From NCBI GenBank assembly GCA_041178345.1, contig JBEGVQ010000191.1, positions 2,823-66,822 of the forward strand: a stretch of 64,000 bases of DNA, given 5' to 3'. The translations under genes and the position numbers were made by a program. The stretch comes from Acidobacteriota bacterium (GTDB lineage: Bacteria > Acidobacteriota > Vicinamibacteria > Vicinamibacterales > UBA2999). Below are positions 1-9,659 of the stretch, piece by piece; the first letter of the stretch is position 1; each line of letters starts with the position of its first letter. The notes beneath the pieces were generated by a model. That model was not told where the DNA came from. It worked only from the letters and a program-made list of their open reading frames with translations, and searched no databases.

Positions 1-765
1 GACCACCTCGATCAGGAAGCGCGACCCGAACTCGGTGTCGGGCGTGAAGATGGTGGTCGATGGCGGGTCCACCGCCTCGGTGGTCTTCAGGGCCGCCTTG
101 CGCACGACCGCCGGCGCGCCGGTGCCCTCGCGCGGCACGTAGCGGACAATGGTGCCGTCGGCGGCGTAGTCGACGTCGTAGAACGACGGGATGTAGTAAC
201 CACGTGCTTGCGCCAGCCGCTTCAGCTGCTCGCTGCGCGAGGAAGTCGACATGGCGTCCACCAGCGCCGGCACCAGCGCCTCGCCTTCGCCGGCCGCAAT
301 CACGTCGGCAAACATCGCGAGCGGTTCCGGGTTGACGAACGTCACCGCGCCGCCGATCACGACCAGCGGGTGCGTGTAGTCACGGTCGGCGGCGCGCAAC
401 GGCACGCCGGCCAGCCGCAGCATGGTGAGGACGTTGGTGTAGTCCCATTCGAACGACACCGAGAAGGCAATGATGTCGAAGTCGGCCACCGGCGTCTGCG
501 ACTCGAGCGTCACAATGCGCGTGCCGGACTCGCGCAGCGCGGCCAGTTCCTGCTTGGGCGGCAGGAACGCGCGCTCGCACACGATGTCGGGCTGGTCGTT
601 GAACAGGCGGTAGATGGTCTGGAAACCGAGGTTCGACATCCCCACGAAGTAGCTGTTGGGGAAGATCAGGGCGACCCGCAGCCGGTTGGCGTGCGGCTTG
701 CGCACGTAACCAACTTCCTTGGAAAGGATCTCCTGTGCGATCTCGCGTTGCTGTCTTGGCTTCAT
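1..765 (-). CDS. Radical SAM / B12-binding-like domain protein, N-terminal 255 codons (gene continues past window start)
   Basis: Absent from the ORF track because it has no stop in the window. Reverse-strand translation from ATG 765-763 gives MKPRQQREIAQEILSKEVGYVRKPHANRLRVALIFPNSYFVGMSNLGFQTIY...DFDIIAFSVSFEWDY...LVVIGG, open to base 1 with GC-rich third positions. It resembles the N-terminal module of uncharacterised radical SAM proteins (from memory). Confidence 0.55.
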   Translation of the reverse strand, partial: MKPRQQREIAQEILSKEVGYVRKPHANRLRVALIFPNSYFVGMSNLGFQTIYRLFNDQPDIVCERAFLPPKQELAALRESGTRIVTLESQTPVADFDIIAFSVSFEWDYTNVLTMLRLAGVPLRAADRDYTHPLVVIGGAVTFVNPEPLAMFADVIAAGEGEALVPALVDAMSTSSRSEQLKRLAQARGYYIPSFYDVDYAADGTIVRYVPREGTGAPAVVRKAALKTTEAVDPPSTTIFTPDTEFGSRFLIEVV

Positions 766-844
766 TCAGAAACGGGGGAGTCGTCGAGCTGTCGCTATGC
801 CGGCGGCGCGCGCGGCTCCCCTGGATCCGTCTACTGTATCAGCC

Positions 845-2113
845 CTACCCCTCGCTCCGCCGGAGGAAGGCCGGCACGTCGAGGTCGAGGTTCAGGTCGA
901 GCTCGTTCGCCAGCCCATCCGTGTCGGCCAACGGCATGTCGCCGCCGTTCTGTCCGACGGCCACGGGCCTGGCCGACGCCGCCGGCATGTCGAGCGCCGG
1001 ACGGCGCACGATCGAGGCCCGCGGCTGGGCTGCCGTCGACGTATCGACGCGAATCGGCTGCGAATACGCCGACATGTCGGTTGGCGTCTGCAAGGGAGCA
1101 TGGGCCGGTGTCGACCGGTCGGTCTTAACGTGATCGAAGCCGGTCGCAATCACCGTGATCTTCACCTTGTTGGTCAGCGCCTTGTCGACGACCGCGCCGA
1201 AGATGATGTTGGCGTCCTCGTGGGCCGACTCCTGGATGATGGTGAGCGCCTCGTTCACCTCCATCAGCGACAGGTCGGGGCCGCCGGTCACGTTGATGAT
1301 CACGCCGCGCGCCCCCCGCACCGACGCGTCCTCGAGCAGCGGGCTCGAAATGGCGCGGTTGGCGGCGTCGACCGCACGCGACGGCCCCTCGGCCATGGCC
1401 GTGCCCATCATCGCCACGCCCATGCCCGACATGATCGTCTTGACGTCCGCGAAGTCGAGGTTGATCAGGCCCGGCACCAGGATCAAGTCCGAGATGCCCT
1501 GGATCGCCTGTCGCAGCACATCGTCCGCGGTGACGAAGGCGTCGAGCATCGAGGTGTCGCGGGCGATCACCGAGAGCAGGCGCTCGTTCGGAATGGTGAT
1601 CACGGTGTCGACCGCGTCACGCAGCGACTCGAGGCCCATTTCGGCCTGCCGGTAGCGCTTCTTACCCTCGAACTTGAACGGCTTGGTGACGACGGCAATC
1701 GTCAGCGCGCCGAGTTCGGTGGCGAGGCTGGCAATGACCGGCGCCGCGCCGGTGCCGGTGCCGCCGCCAAGTCCGGTGGTCACAAACACCATGTCGGCGC
1801 CCGACAGGGCCTGGATCAGCGCATCGGTGTCCTCGAGCGCGGCCTGCCGGCCGACGTTCGGATCCGCGCCGGCGCCCAGGCCCTTGGTGAGCTTGCCGCC
1901 GATCTGGATCTTGACCGGCGCCGGGTTGGCCTTGAGGGCCTGGGCGTCGGTGTTGGCGACCATGAACTCGACCCCGGAGATGCCGGCCTGCACCATCCGC
2001 GACACGGCATTGCTGCCGCCACCACCCACGCCGACCACCTTGATCCGCGCGCCCATCCGCGCTTCTTCGTCGAGCGTGAGCCGCAGCGCCTCGAAGCCGT
2101 CTTGATCCGCCAT
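845..2113 (-). CDS. ftsZ: Cell division GTPase FtsZ
   Basis: ORF 845..2149(-). Carries the tubulin signature [13 protein letters not shown] and [15 protein letters not shown] place the start at ATG 2113 (MADQDGF) because GGAGGAGG lies just upstream; the track start at 2149 is a TTG. Confidence 0.97.
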   Translation of the reverse strand: MADQDGFEALRLTLDEEARMGARIKVVGVGGGGSNAVSRMVQAGISGVEFMVANTDAQALKANPAPVKIQIGGKLTKGLGAGADPNVGRQAALEDTDALIQALSGADMVFVTTGLGGGTGTGAAPVIASLATELGALTIAVVTKPFKFEGKKRYRQAEMGLESLRDAVDTVITIPNERLLSVIARDTSMLDAFVTADDVLRQAIQGISDLILVPGLINLDFADVKTIMSGMGVAMMGTAMAEGPSRAVDAANRAISSPLLEDASVRGARGVIINVTGGPDLSLMEVNEALTIIQESAHEDANIIFGAVVDKALTNKVKITVIATGFDHVKTDRSTPAHAPLQTPTDMSAYSQPIRVDTSTAAQPRASIVRRPALDMPAASARPVAVGQNGGDMPLADTDGLANELDLNLDLDVPAFLRRSEG

Positions 2114-2188
2114 CGTGCCTCCTCCGTCTGAATCGTTACGCATCGCCAAATTTCACAATCGCCACATCACCGGATCACGAGATCCGGT

Positions 2189-3421
2189 CTAGAAAAATTC
2201 CTTGAACACCGTCCGCAACCGTCCCATGACGCGCGTCAGCGCCCCGCCGCCGCTGGCGCCGGCTGCCGGCCCGCGATGACGGGCGGCGTACAGCACCAGG
2301 CCGACGGCCGTGGCGAACGCCGGGTTGCTCACGTGATCGGCCAGGCCGCCGACGCCGACCGGCGTGCCGCGCCGGATCGGCAGGTCGAATATCTGCTCGG
2401 CAATCTCGGACATGCCCTCGAGCTGGGCGCCGCCGCCGGTCAGCACCAGGCCCGAGTTGAGTGACTTCTCGTAGCCGGCCTTGCTGATCTCGTCCCAGAT
2501 CAGGTGGAACATCTCCTCGGCGCGCGGCTGCAGGATGTCGGACAGGATGCGACGCGCCATCACGCGCGGCCGCCGGCCGCCGACGCTGGCCACCTCGATG
2601 GTCTCGTCTTCCTCGACCATCGACGACAACGCGCAGCCGGCCCGCCGCTTGACCTTCTCGGCGTCCGGGATGGGGGTGCGCAGGCCGACGGCAATGTCGT
2701 TGGTGAAGTGATCGCCCCCGACGGCAATCACCGCGGTGTGCCACAGGCTGCCGCGCTCGAAGATGGCGAGGTCGGCGGTACCGCCGCCGATGTCGATCAC
2801 CGCCACCCCCAGTTCTTTCTCGTCGGCGGTCAGCACGGTCTCGGACGCGGCCAGCTGGCCGATCACTGTGTCAATGACCTCCACGCCGGCGCGGTTGACG
2901 CAGGCGACCAGGTTCTGGGTGGCGGTCTGGCTGGCGGTGATGATGTGGACGTTGACCTCGAGCCGGGCGCCCGTCAGGCCAACCGGCGCGCCGATCCCCT
3001 CCTGCTCGTCGACCACGAAGTCCTGCGGCAGCACGTGCAGGATCTCCCGGCCCGCCGGCAACGACACCGCCCGGGCGGCATCGATCGCGCGGCGGACGTC
3101 GTCGCGGGTCACCTCGCGGTTCTTGCCGGCCACCGCGACCACGCCGCGGCTGTTGAAGCCCTTGATGTGCGGCCCGCTGATGGCGAGATGCACCGAGCCG
3201 ACCTCGACCCCGGCCATCAGCTCGGCTTCCTCGATCGACTTCTTGATCGATTCGACCGCGGCCTCGAGGTTGACGACCACCCCGCGCTTGAGGCCCTTCG
3301 ATTCGGCCATGCCGATGCCGATCACATCGGCGCCGCCATCTTCGAGCAGTTCGCCGACCACGGTGCAGACCTTGGTCGTGCCGATATCGAGCCCCACTAC
3401 GTAGCGTTCCTGTCGTGCCAC
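2189..3421 (-). CDS. ftsA: Cell division protein FtsA (actin-like ATPase)
   Basis: ORF 2189..3556(-) with YVVGLDIGTTKV and DIGGGTADLAIF motifs. The likely start is GTG 3421 (VARQERYVVGLDIG), because the longer ORF would overlap ftsQ by about 120 nt. Confidence 0.94.
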   Translation of the reverse strand: MARQERYVVGLDIGTTKVCTVVGELLEDGGADVIGIGMAESKGLKRGVVVNLEAAVESIKKSIEEAELMAGVEVGSVHLAISGPHIKGFNSRGVVAVAGKNREVTRDDVRRAIDAARAVSLPAGREILHVLPQDFVVDEQEGIGAPVGLTGARLEVNVHIITASQTATQNLVACVNRAGVEVIDTVIGQLAASETVLTADEKELGVAVIDIGGGTADLAIFERGSLWHTAVIAVGGDHFTNDIAVGLRTPIPDAEKVKRRAGCALSSMVEEDETIEVASVGGRRPRVMARRILSDILQPRAEEMFHLIWDEISKAGYEKSLNSGLVLTGGGAQLEGMSEIAEQIFDLPIRRGTPVGVGGLADHVSNPAFATAVGLVLYAARHRGPAAGASGGGALTRVMGRLRTVFKEFF

Positions 3422-3437
3422 GAATCCTCCCCGTCCT

Positions 3438-4307
3438 CTACCGTCTCGCCGTCGCCGGCAACGCCTTGACCGGACGCACGTACAACCGTTCATCGAACCG
3501 CAAATCCACGTAGTCGATGCTGGCCAGCCGCTCGCGCAGCGTCGGCTGCACGTCAACGTACTGCTGCAAGCGGGCGGCGAAGTCGCTGTCGCCCAGCCGC
3601 AGCAACGCCGTGTCGTCGTCGAGAATCACGACTGCGTCGTGCAAGTCGGACACGTCGATCTGCGACACCCGCCGGCCCAGTTCGGGCCGGGCCGCCAGCG
3701 CCGCGATGACCCGGCCGGCAAATTCGGATCGCGCCGCGTCGATCAGCGCGCCATCGCCGGAGGGCGACGCGGCCAGCCCGTCGATGATCGGCAGGTCGAT
3801 GTCGGCGTATGCCGGGCCGTACTCGTCGACGATCACGCCCCGGCGGTCGACCAGGTAGAGCGCCGTGCCGATGCGGCCAATGCCCATGGGCTCGCGCTCG
3901 AGCACCATGATCTCCAGCGTCGCCGGCAACACCCGGCGGATGGTGGCGCGTTCGACCCACGGCGAGGCGAGCAGCCGCTGCTGCCATTCGCCGATCCGGA
4001 TGGTCAGGATGTTCTGGCCGCGCAGCCCATCGACGAGCGCCAGCACCTCGCCGGCCGAGAGGCGGTGGTGGCCGCGAACCTGCAGGTGGCTCACCTGCAA
4101 GGTCTGGGCGGCGGCAATCAAGTTCACGCCGCGGTAGCCGCCGTAGCCAAGCACCGCGATCATCACCAGCAGGCGAATCGCCAGCCACGCGTGCCGCCCG
4201 GCAGGCGTGCGCTGGCGCGACGGCTTTACGTGGGCCCGCTTGAACCGCTTGTCGGTCTGGGCGGCGACAGCGGCGGCGCCGGTGCCGGGCCTGGGGAGTC
4301 CCGCCAT
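3438..4307 (-). CDS. ftsQ: Cell division protein FtsQ/DivIB (TM + POTRA)
   Basis: 289 aa with a basic N-terminus, one TM (WLAIRLLVMIAVLGYGGY) and a POTRA-like segment. Lies between murC and ftsA; its start overlaps the murC stop (TAATG). Confidence 0.85.
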   Translation of the reverse strand: MAGLPRPGTGAAAVAAQTDKRFKRAHVKPSRQRTPAGRHAWLAIRLLVMIAVLGYGGYRGVNLIAAAQTLQVSHLQVRGHHRLSAGEVLALVDGLRGQNILTIRIGEWQQRLLASPWVERATIRRVLPATLEIMVLEREPMGIGRIGTALYLVDRRGVIVDEYGPAYADIDLPIIDGLAASPSGDGALIDAARSEFAGRVIAALAARPELGRRVSQIDVSDLHDAVVILDDDTALLRLGDSDFAARLQQYVDVQPTLRERLASIDYVDLRFDERLYVRPVKALPATARR

Positions 4308-5740
4308 TACCGGGCCTCCCGCGGACCGTGCCGCCGTTCGAGTTCTGCCACTAACGCCGTCGCGAGGCCGCCAATCGACCCGGCGCCCAGCGTCAACACG
4401 AGGTCGCCCGGACGCGCGAGATCGGCGACGGCCGCCGCCATCTCGTCAAGCCGCCTGACCACGTGAGCCGCCCGGGCGCGACCGGTGCTGACCGCCGCGG
4501 CGAGTGCCTCGACGGTGATGCCCGGGATCGGTTCCTCGCTGGCGGCGTAGATGTCGGTCAGCACCACTTCGTCGGCCGCCGCCAGGGCGGCACCGAACTC
4601 GGCCATCAGGTCGCGCGTGCGGGTATAGCGGTGCGGCTGGAACGCCACGACGATGCGCGCCGGCCGGGCCGCGCGCGCCGCCGACAGCACGGCGGCGATC
4701 TCGGTGGGGTGATGACCGTAGTCATCAACCACGCTGATGCCGTTGACGATCCCGCGCCGCTCGAAGCGCCGCTCGGCGCCGTGAAATTCCGCCAGCGCCG
4801 AGGCAATCTTCGGGAACGGCACGTCAAGCTCGAGGCCCACCGCCACGGCCGCGAGCGCGTTTCGAACGGAGTGCAGCCCGGGCACCGCCAGCGTCAACGG
4901 CCCAAGTTCAGTCGCGCGATTGGTGTGCAGGTCGCGCTGGACGACGGTGCACTGCGATCCGAAGCCTGCCAGGACGACGCCGGCGGCGCTCACAGCAAAT
5001 GGTCCAGCGTTGGCCGGACCTTCGTCGATTCCGTAAGTCACCACCCGGCGGGTGAATCGCGGCAGCACGAGCGACAGCTCCGCATCGTCGGCGCATGCCA
5101 CCACGGCGCCGTAGAACGGCACCTTGTTGGCGAAGTCGACAAACGCCTGCTGCAGGTCGGCGAAGCCGCCGTATGCGTCCATGTGCTCGCGATCGATATT
5201 CGTAATCACCGCCACTGCCGGCGAAAGCTTGAGAAACGACCGATCGCTCTCATCGGCCTCCGCCACCATGTACTCGCCGCGGCCCAGCCGCGCATTGCTG
5301 CCAAAGGCGCTCAGGCGCCCACCGATCACCGCCGTCGGGTCCAGTCCCGCCCGCTCGAGCACCAGCGCGATCATCGAGGTCGTGCTGGTCTTGCCGTGGG
5401 CGCCGGCCACCGCGATCCCGAAACGCAGCCGCATCAGCTCGGCCAGCATCTCGGCCCGGGGAATCACCGGAATCCGCCGCGCCTTGGCTTCGACGACCTC
5501 CGCGTTATCCGGCCGCACCGCAGACGAGTAGACGACGACGTCGGCGTTGCCGACGTTGGCCGCCGCATGCCCCGCGGTCGCGACCGTCACGCCGAGCGAT
5601 GCCAGCCGGTCGGTGACGCTCGAGCGCCTGGCATCCGATCCCGACACCGAGTAGCCGAGGTTGGCGAGCAGCTCGGCGATGCCGCTCATGCCAATTCCGC
5701 CGATGCCGATGAAGTGAATGCGCCGCGTCTTACCCAGCAC
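4307..5740 (-). CDS. murC: UDP-N-acetylmuramate--L-alanine ligase
   Basis: 477 aa with IHFIGIGGIGMSGIAELL and Mur ligase P-loop VAGAHGKTSTTSMIA. GTG start. Confidence 0.95.
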   Translation of the reverse strand: MLGKTRRIHFIGIGGIGMSGIAELLANLGYSVSGSDARRSSVTDRLASLGVTVATAGHAAANVGNADVVVYSSAVRPDNAEVVEAKARRIPVIPRAEMLAELMRLRFGIAVAGAHGKTSTTSMIALVLERAGLDPTAVIGGRLSAFGSNARLGRGEYMVAEADESDRSFLKLSPAVAVITNIDREHMDAYGGFADLQQAFVDFANKVPFYGAVVACADDAELSLVLPRFTRRVVTYGIDEGPANAGPFAVSAAGVVLAGFGSQCTVVQRDLHTNRATELGPLTLAVPGLHSVRNALAAVAVGLELDVPFPKIASALAEFHGAERRFERRGIVNGISVVDDYGHHPTEIAAVLSAARAARPARIVVAFQPHRYTRTRDLMAEFGAALAAADEVVLTDIYAASEEPIPGITVEALAAAVSTGRARAAHVVRRLDEMAAAVADLARPGDLVLTLGAGSIGGLATALVAELERRHGPREAR

Positions 5741-5743
5741 GGT

Positions 5744-6841
5744 TCACTTCTTTCCCCGCCCCAACCGCTCCACCCGATCCGCAATTCGTGCCGCGGCATC
5801 GGGCCGCGCCAGCCGCCGCGCGGCCGTCGACATCTGCTGCCGCTTCGCGGGGTCGCCGATCAGCCCGGCGATCGCCGCGGCCAGCCGCGGCCCGTCCAGC
5901 TCGCGTTCTTCCAGCACCACGGCCGCTCCCGCGCGCCCGAGCACCTCGGCGTTCTTGCGCTGGTGGTCGTCGGTCGCGGTCGGCAGCGGCACCAGGACCG
6001 CCGGCCGGCCCGACGCGGTCAGCTCGGCGAGGGTCGTCGCACCAGCACGGCAGATGACCAGGTCGGCGGCCTTCATGGCTCCGTCGATTTGGTCGATGAA
6101 GGCTTCGACTCGGGCCGCGAGGCCGGCGCGGCCGTACGCGGTCCGCACCAGATCCAGATCGCGTTCACCGGTCTGGTGGGTGATCGCAAGTTCGAGCCCG
6201 GTGGCTGCCAGCCGCGACGCTGCCTCCACCATGGCCACGTTGATCGCGTGCGCGCCCTGAGAACCGCCAAAGATCAAAACCCGTGCCGCTGCGTGCGGCC
6301 TGTTGGTGCGATCATTTGCCTCCTGGTTCTGCGCCGGGAAAAATTCCGGTCGCACGGGGTTGCCGGCCACAAATCCCGTGCGTGGGAAGTACGACAGTGA
6401 GTCCTCGAAGTTCACGGCCGCGGCGCGCACCAGGCGCGCCAGCAGGCGATTGGTCATGCCCGGCACGGCGTTCTGCTCGAGCAGCATGGTCGGATAGCCG
6501 CGCACCGCCGCCAGCGCCAAGACCGGCCCCGAGGCAAATCCGCCGACGCCGATCACCACGTCGGGCCGGCGGCGCGACAGCACGCCCCAGGCGTCGGCGG
6601 CGGCCGTCGGCAACAGCAGGAACCCCTGCAACCGCTCGGCGCGGCCCTTGCCCTTCAGCCCGGCGACCCGAATCAGGTCCAGGTCGAAGCCCTCGCGGGG
6701 CACCACTCTCGACTCGATGCCCTGCGCGGTCCCGACAAACGACACCTGCACCGACGGGTCGCGGCGCTGCAGTTCGCGCGCCAGCGCGATTCCCGGGTAC
6801 AAGTGCCCGCCCGTCCCCCCGCCCGCGATCAGGATGCGCAC
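5744..6841 (-). CDS. murG: Lipid II synthase MurG (GT28)
   Basis: 365 aa. MRILIAGGGTGGHLYPGIALA N-terminus is typical of MurG. Confidence 0.95.
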   Translation of the reverse strand: MRILIAGGGTGGHLYPGIALARELQRRDPSVQVSFVGTAQGIESRVVPREGFDLDLIRVAGLKGKGRAERLQGFLLLPTAAADAWGVLSRRRPDVVIGVGGFASGPVLALAAVRGYPTMLLEQNAVPGMTNRLLARLVRAAAVNFEDSLSYFPRTGFVAGNPVRPEFFPAQNQEANDRTNRPHAAARVLIFGGSQGAHAINVAMVEAASRLAATGLELAITHQTGERDLDLVRTAYGRAGLAARVEAFIDQIDGAMKAADLVICRAGATTLAELTASGRPAVLVPLPTATDDHQRKNAEVLGRAGAAVVLEERELDGPRLAAAIAGLIGDPAKRQQMSTAARRLARPDAAARIADRVERLGRGKK

Positions 6842-6844
6842 CGG

Positions 6845-7954
6845 TCACGCCGCTCCCGTCTCGATCTGCTGGTGCTGCGAGATGTTCAGCAGCACGCCGA
6901 CGGCCAGCAGGTTGATCAGCATCGACGAGCCGCCGTTACTGACGAGCGGCAACGGGATGCCCTTGGTCGGCACCAGGCCGAGGACGACGCTGATGTTCAC
7001 GAATGCCTGCAGGACCAGCATCATCGTGATGCCCAGCGCGAGGTACGCGCCAAAGCTGTCTGGGGCGCGCAATGCCGTGCGCAAGCCGCGCCAGGCGATC
7101 ACGCAGAACGCCAGCACCACCATCGAGGCGCCGAGCAGGCCGGTCTCCTCAGAGATCACCGCGAAGATGAAATCGGTAAACGGTTCGGGCAGGTAGAACA
7201 GTTTCTGCACGCCGCTCATCAGGCCCTTGCCGAACACGCCGCCGGTGCCGACGGCGATCAGCGACTGGATGATCTGGAAGCCATCGCCAAGCGGGTCGGC
7301 CCACGGATCCATGAACGTCAGCAGGCGGCGGCGGCGATAGTCGGCCTGCATCAGGATCACGTACAGGGCCGGCAGCGTCAGCAGCAGCCCGCCGGCGAGA
7401 TACCGGTAACTGAAGCCCGCGGCGAAGATCATCACGCCGACCACCGCCAGCACCGAGACCGCGGTGCCAAAGTCGGGCTGCAGCAGGATCAGCCCGACGA
7501 TGCCGCCGACAATCAGCCCGATCGGCACCAGCGAGTAGCTGAGCTCGTTGATCCGGTGACGGCGCCGTTCGAGCACCAGCGCGGTGAAGAAGATCGCCGC
7601 CAGCTTCGCCAGTTCCGACGGTTGAATGCCGAAGCCACCGACGCCGAACCAGCGGCGGGTGCCGTTGATCGGCCGCGAGAACAGCACCGCGACCAGCATC
7701 AGCGCGACCACGCCGAGCCCCGCCCACACCAGCCTGTCGTTCTTGTAGGTGCGGTAGTCGATGCGCATCACGATCGACAGCACCGCAATGCCGACGCACG
7801 CCCACATCAACTGGCGGGTCACGAACAAATACGGCTGTTGAAAGCGCTCCAGCGCCACGAGCGCGGAGGCGCTGTAAACCATAACTACGCTGGCGCAGAT
7901 CAGCGCCAACGTCGCCAGGAACAGCCACTTGTCAGACTGCAGCTTCCTTGCCAT
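6845..7954 (-). CDS. ftsW: SEDS-family peptidoglycan polymerase FtsW
   Basis: 369 aa, polytopic, with LLQPDFGTAV motif. dcw context. AAGGAGG lies 10 nt upstream of ATG 7954. Confidence 0.92.
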   Translation of the reverse strand: MARKLQSDKWLFLATLALICASVVMVYSASALVALERFQQPYLFVTRQLMWACVGIAVLSIVMRIDYRTYKNDRLVWAGLGVVALMLVAVLFSRPINGTRRWFGVGGFGIQPSELAKLAAIFFTALVLERRRHRINELSYSLVPIGLIVGGIVGLILLQPDFGTAVSVLAVVGVMIFAAGFSYRYLAGGLLLTLPALYVILMQADYRRRRLLTFMDPWADPLGDGFQIIQSLIAVGTGGVFGKGLMSGVQKLFYLPEPFTDFIFAVISEETGLLGASMVVLAFCVIAWRGLRTALRAPDSFGAYLALGITMMLVLQAFVNISVVLGLVPTKGIPLPLVSNGGSSMLINLLAVGVLLNISQHQQIETGAA

Positions 7955-7958
7955 ACTC

Positions 7959-7983
7959 GCGCCCCCTCCTTTGTCGGGGGCGC
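7959..7983 (-). promoter_or_regulatory. GC-rich hairpin overlapping the ftsW Shine-Dalgarno
   Basis: On the mRNA strand the sequence is GCGCCCCC-gacaaagga-GGGGGCGC followed by gagtATG. The SD AAGGAGGGGG sits in the loop and 3' arm. Confidence 0.4.
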
Positions 7984-8124
7984 CCCTGAGCAGGCCGGCC
8001 GCGCTTGCGAAGCCGGCCCTGTCGAAGGGCTCTAAAGTTCGACGGTCTCGGTTCGATAACTCAGTTGCACCGCGCCTGTCCGCCGTCGTCCACGACCGAG
8101 CGTGGACGAAGGTGGCAAGCAGTC

Positions 8125-8231
8125 AGTAGTCGCCAGTCGTTCAGGGAATTGAGACACCAGCCTCGCAGACCGGGGCAGCCTGCGCTCCCAGCGACCAGCT
8201 CTCAATTGCCGCCAACCGGCTGACGACTACT
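8125..8231. repeat. Imperfect inverted repeat (about 30-nt arms, about 45-nt centre) inside the murD-ftsW gap
   Basis: AGTAGTCG (8125-8132) and AATTGAGA (8147-8154) pair with TCTCAATT (8200-8207) and CGACTACT (8224-8231). The intervening arm segments are partly complementary. Confidence 0.55.
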
Positions 8232-8300
8232 CACCGCTCCCGCCTGCGCGCTTCGGCGGGGCGAGCCCACCCAACGCGAACGATCGGCGGCGGTGCAGAC

Positions 8301-9659
8301 CTACGCCTCGGTAATCAGCCGCTGCACCTCCTCCTTGAACCGCGCGCCGCGGTCGGCGTAATCCCGGAACATGTCGAAGCTCGAACAGGCCGGCGCCAGC
8401 AGCACCACGCCGTCAGGCACTGCCAGGTCCCAGGCCTGCCGCACCGCGTCGGCGAGGCCGTCGGCCGCCACGACCGGCACGACCCCGGCCAGCGCCGCGG
8501 TCACCATCGGCCGCGACTCGCCAATTGCGACGACCGCCCGGCCGTGGGCGCGCAGCGGCGCCGCGAGGTCGGCGAAATCGCCGCCCTTGTACTTGCCGCC
8601 GACAATCGCCACGACCTTGTCGAAGCTTTCGATCGAGCGCGCCGCGGCCTCGATGTTGGTCGCCTTCGAGTCGTTGACGAACCGCACGCCGCCCCGATGG
8701 CCCACCGGTTCCATCACGTGCTCGAGACCAGTGAACCCGTCGAGCGCCTGCGCCAGCGACGCCTCGGTGGCGCCGGCCAGGTGGCTGATCGCGGTCGCGG
8801 CGACGACGTTGCTCAACATGTGGCGGCCGGCGAGCTGCACGGCCGCCAGCGGCAACAGCGGCACGTCACCCTCCGAGGTGCGGTGCCAGACGAACCCGCG
8901 ACCGGCATGGACCTCGGCGCCATCGGGATGGTCAACGGCGTAGCGCACCACCCGCGCCCGTGTCTGCGCCATGGCCAGCGCCGCGGCGTTGTCGGCGTTC
9001 ACCACCGCCCAGTCGTGCGGCTGCTGGTTGGCGAAGATCCGCGCCTTGGCCGCGGCGTAAGACGCCTCGTCCGGATGGCGATCGAGGTGGTCGGGCGAGA
9101 AGTTCAGCAGGGCGGCAATCCACGGGCGGAACGTGTCGGTGGCCTCGAGCTGGAAGCTGCTGGCTTCAATCACGTGGACGGTGTCGGCGGTCGAGGCCTC
9201 GACCTGCGCGCTCACCGGGTAGCCGATGTTGCCGCCCACGAGCACGCGCCGGCCCGCCGCCGCGAGCATCCGGCCGACGAGCGCGGTGGTGGTCGACTTG
9301 CCCTTGGTCCCGGTGATGGCGATGATCGGTCCGCGCAGCCAGCGCGAGGCCAGCTCGAGCTCGCCGATGACCGGAATGCCCAGCGAGCGGGCACGCCGCA
9401 CTTCCGGCAGGTCGAGCGGCACGCCCGGACTCATGACCACGAGGTTCGCAGCTTCGAACGACCGCAGCAGGTGCCCGCCAAGTTCCAGGCGCACGCCGGC
9501 CGCGGCGAGGGCGGCGGCCTCGGGAATGTCGGGCTTGCAATCGGTGAGCGTGACGGCGGCGCCCCGGCGCGCGAGCAGGCCGGCGGCGGCGACACCGCTC
9601 CTGGCGGCGCCCACGACCAGCACCGGTAAACCGCTCACGGAAAAGGCCGGCGTCGTCAT
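8301..9659 (-). CDS. murD: UDP-N-acetylmuramoylalanine--D-glutamate ligase
   Basis: Real start is ATG 9659 (MTTPAFSVSGLPVLVVGAARSGVAAAG), overlapping the mraY stop (ATGA). P-loop ITGTKGKSTTTALVG. The 664-aa track ORF is an upstream read-through across mraY. Confidence 0.93.
   Translation of the reverse strand: MTTPAFSVSGLPVLVVGAARSGVAAAGLLARRGAAVTLTDCKPDIPEAAALAAAGVRLELGGHLLRSFEAANLVVMSPGVPLDLPEVRRARSLGIPVIGELELASRWLRGPIIAITGTKGKSTTTALVGRMLAAAGRRVLVGGNIGYPVSAQVEASTADTVHVIEASSFQLEATDTFRPWIAALLNFSPDHLDRHPDEASYAAAKARIFANQQPHDWAVVNADNAAALAMAQTRARVVRYAVDHPDGAEVHAGRGFVWHRTSEGDVPLLPLAAVQLAGRHMLSNVVAATAISHLAGATEASLAQALDGFTGLEHVMEPVGHRGGVRFVNDSKATNIEAAARSIESFDKVVAIVGGKYKGGDFADLAAPLRAHGRAVVAIGESRPMVTAALAGVVPVVAADGLADAVRQAWDLAVPDGVVLLAPACSSFDMFRDYADRGARFKEEVQRLITEA

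Noticed and set aside
761-768. Isolated TTCATTCA half-sites (761-768 and 18164-18171) as extra FadR boxes.
   Set aside because: They are single half-sites without the inverted partner, one lies inside a coding region, and neither is linked to lipid genes.
208-2131. Long plus-strand ORFs (208..1128, 719..2131) opposite ftsZ and the radical SAM gene. Similar antisense or alternate-frame ORFs lie at 4463..6400, 6803..8035, 12579..13967, 14360..16276, 18473..19987, 33854..36196, 38888..40558, 41194..43371 and 61240..62625.
   Set aside because: Their translations are Arg/Ala/Pro/Gly-rich low-complexity sequences typical of shadow frames in high-GC DNA. Each lies opposite a gene with clear family motifs.
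8040-8065. tRNA-like T-loop string GGTTCGAT in the murD-ftsW gap.
   Set aside because: The flanking bases cannot form a T stem, acceptor stem or anticodon arm on either strand, so it is not a tRNA.
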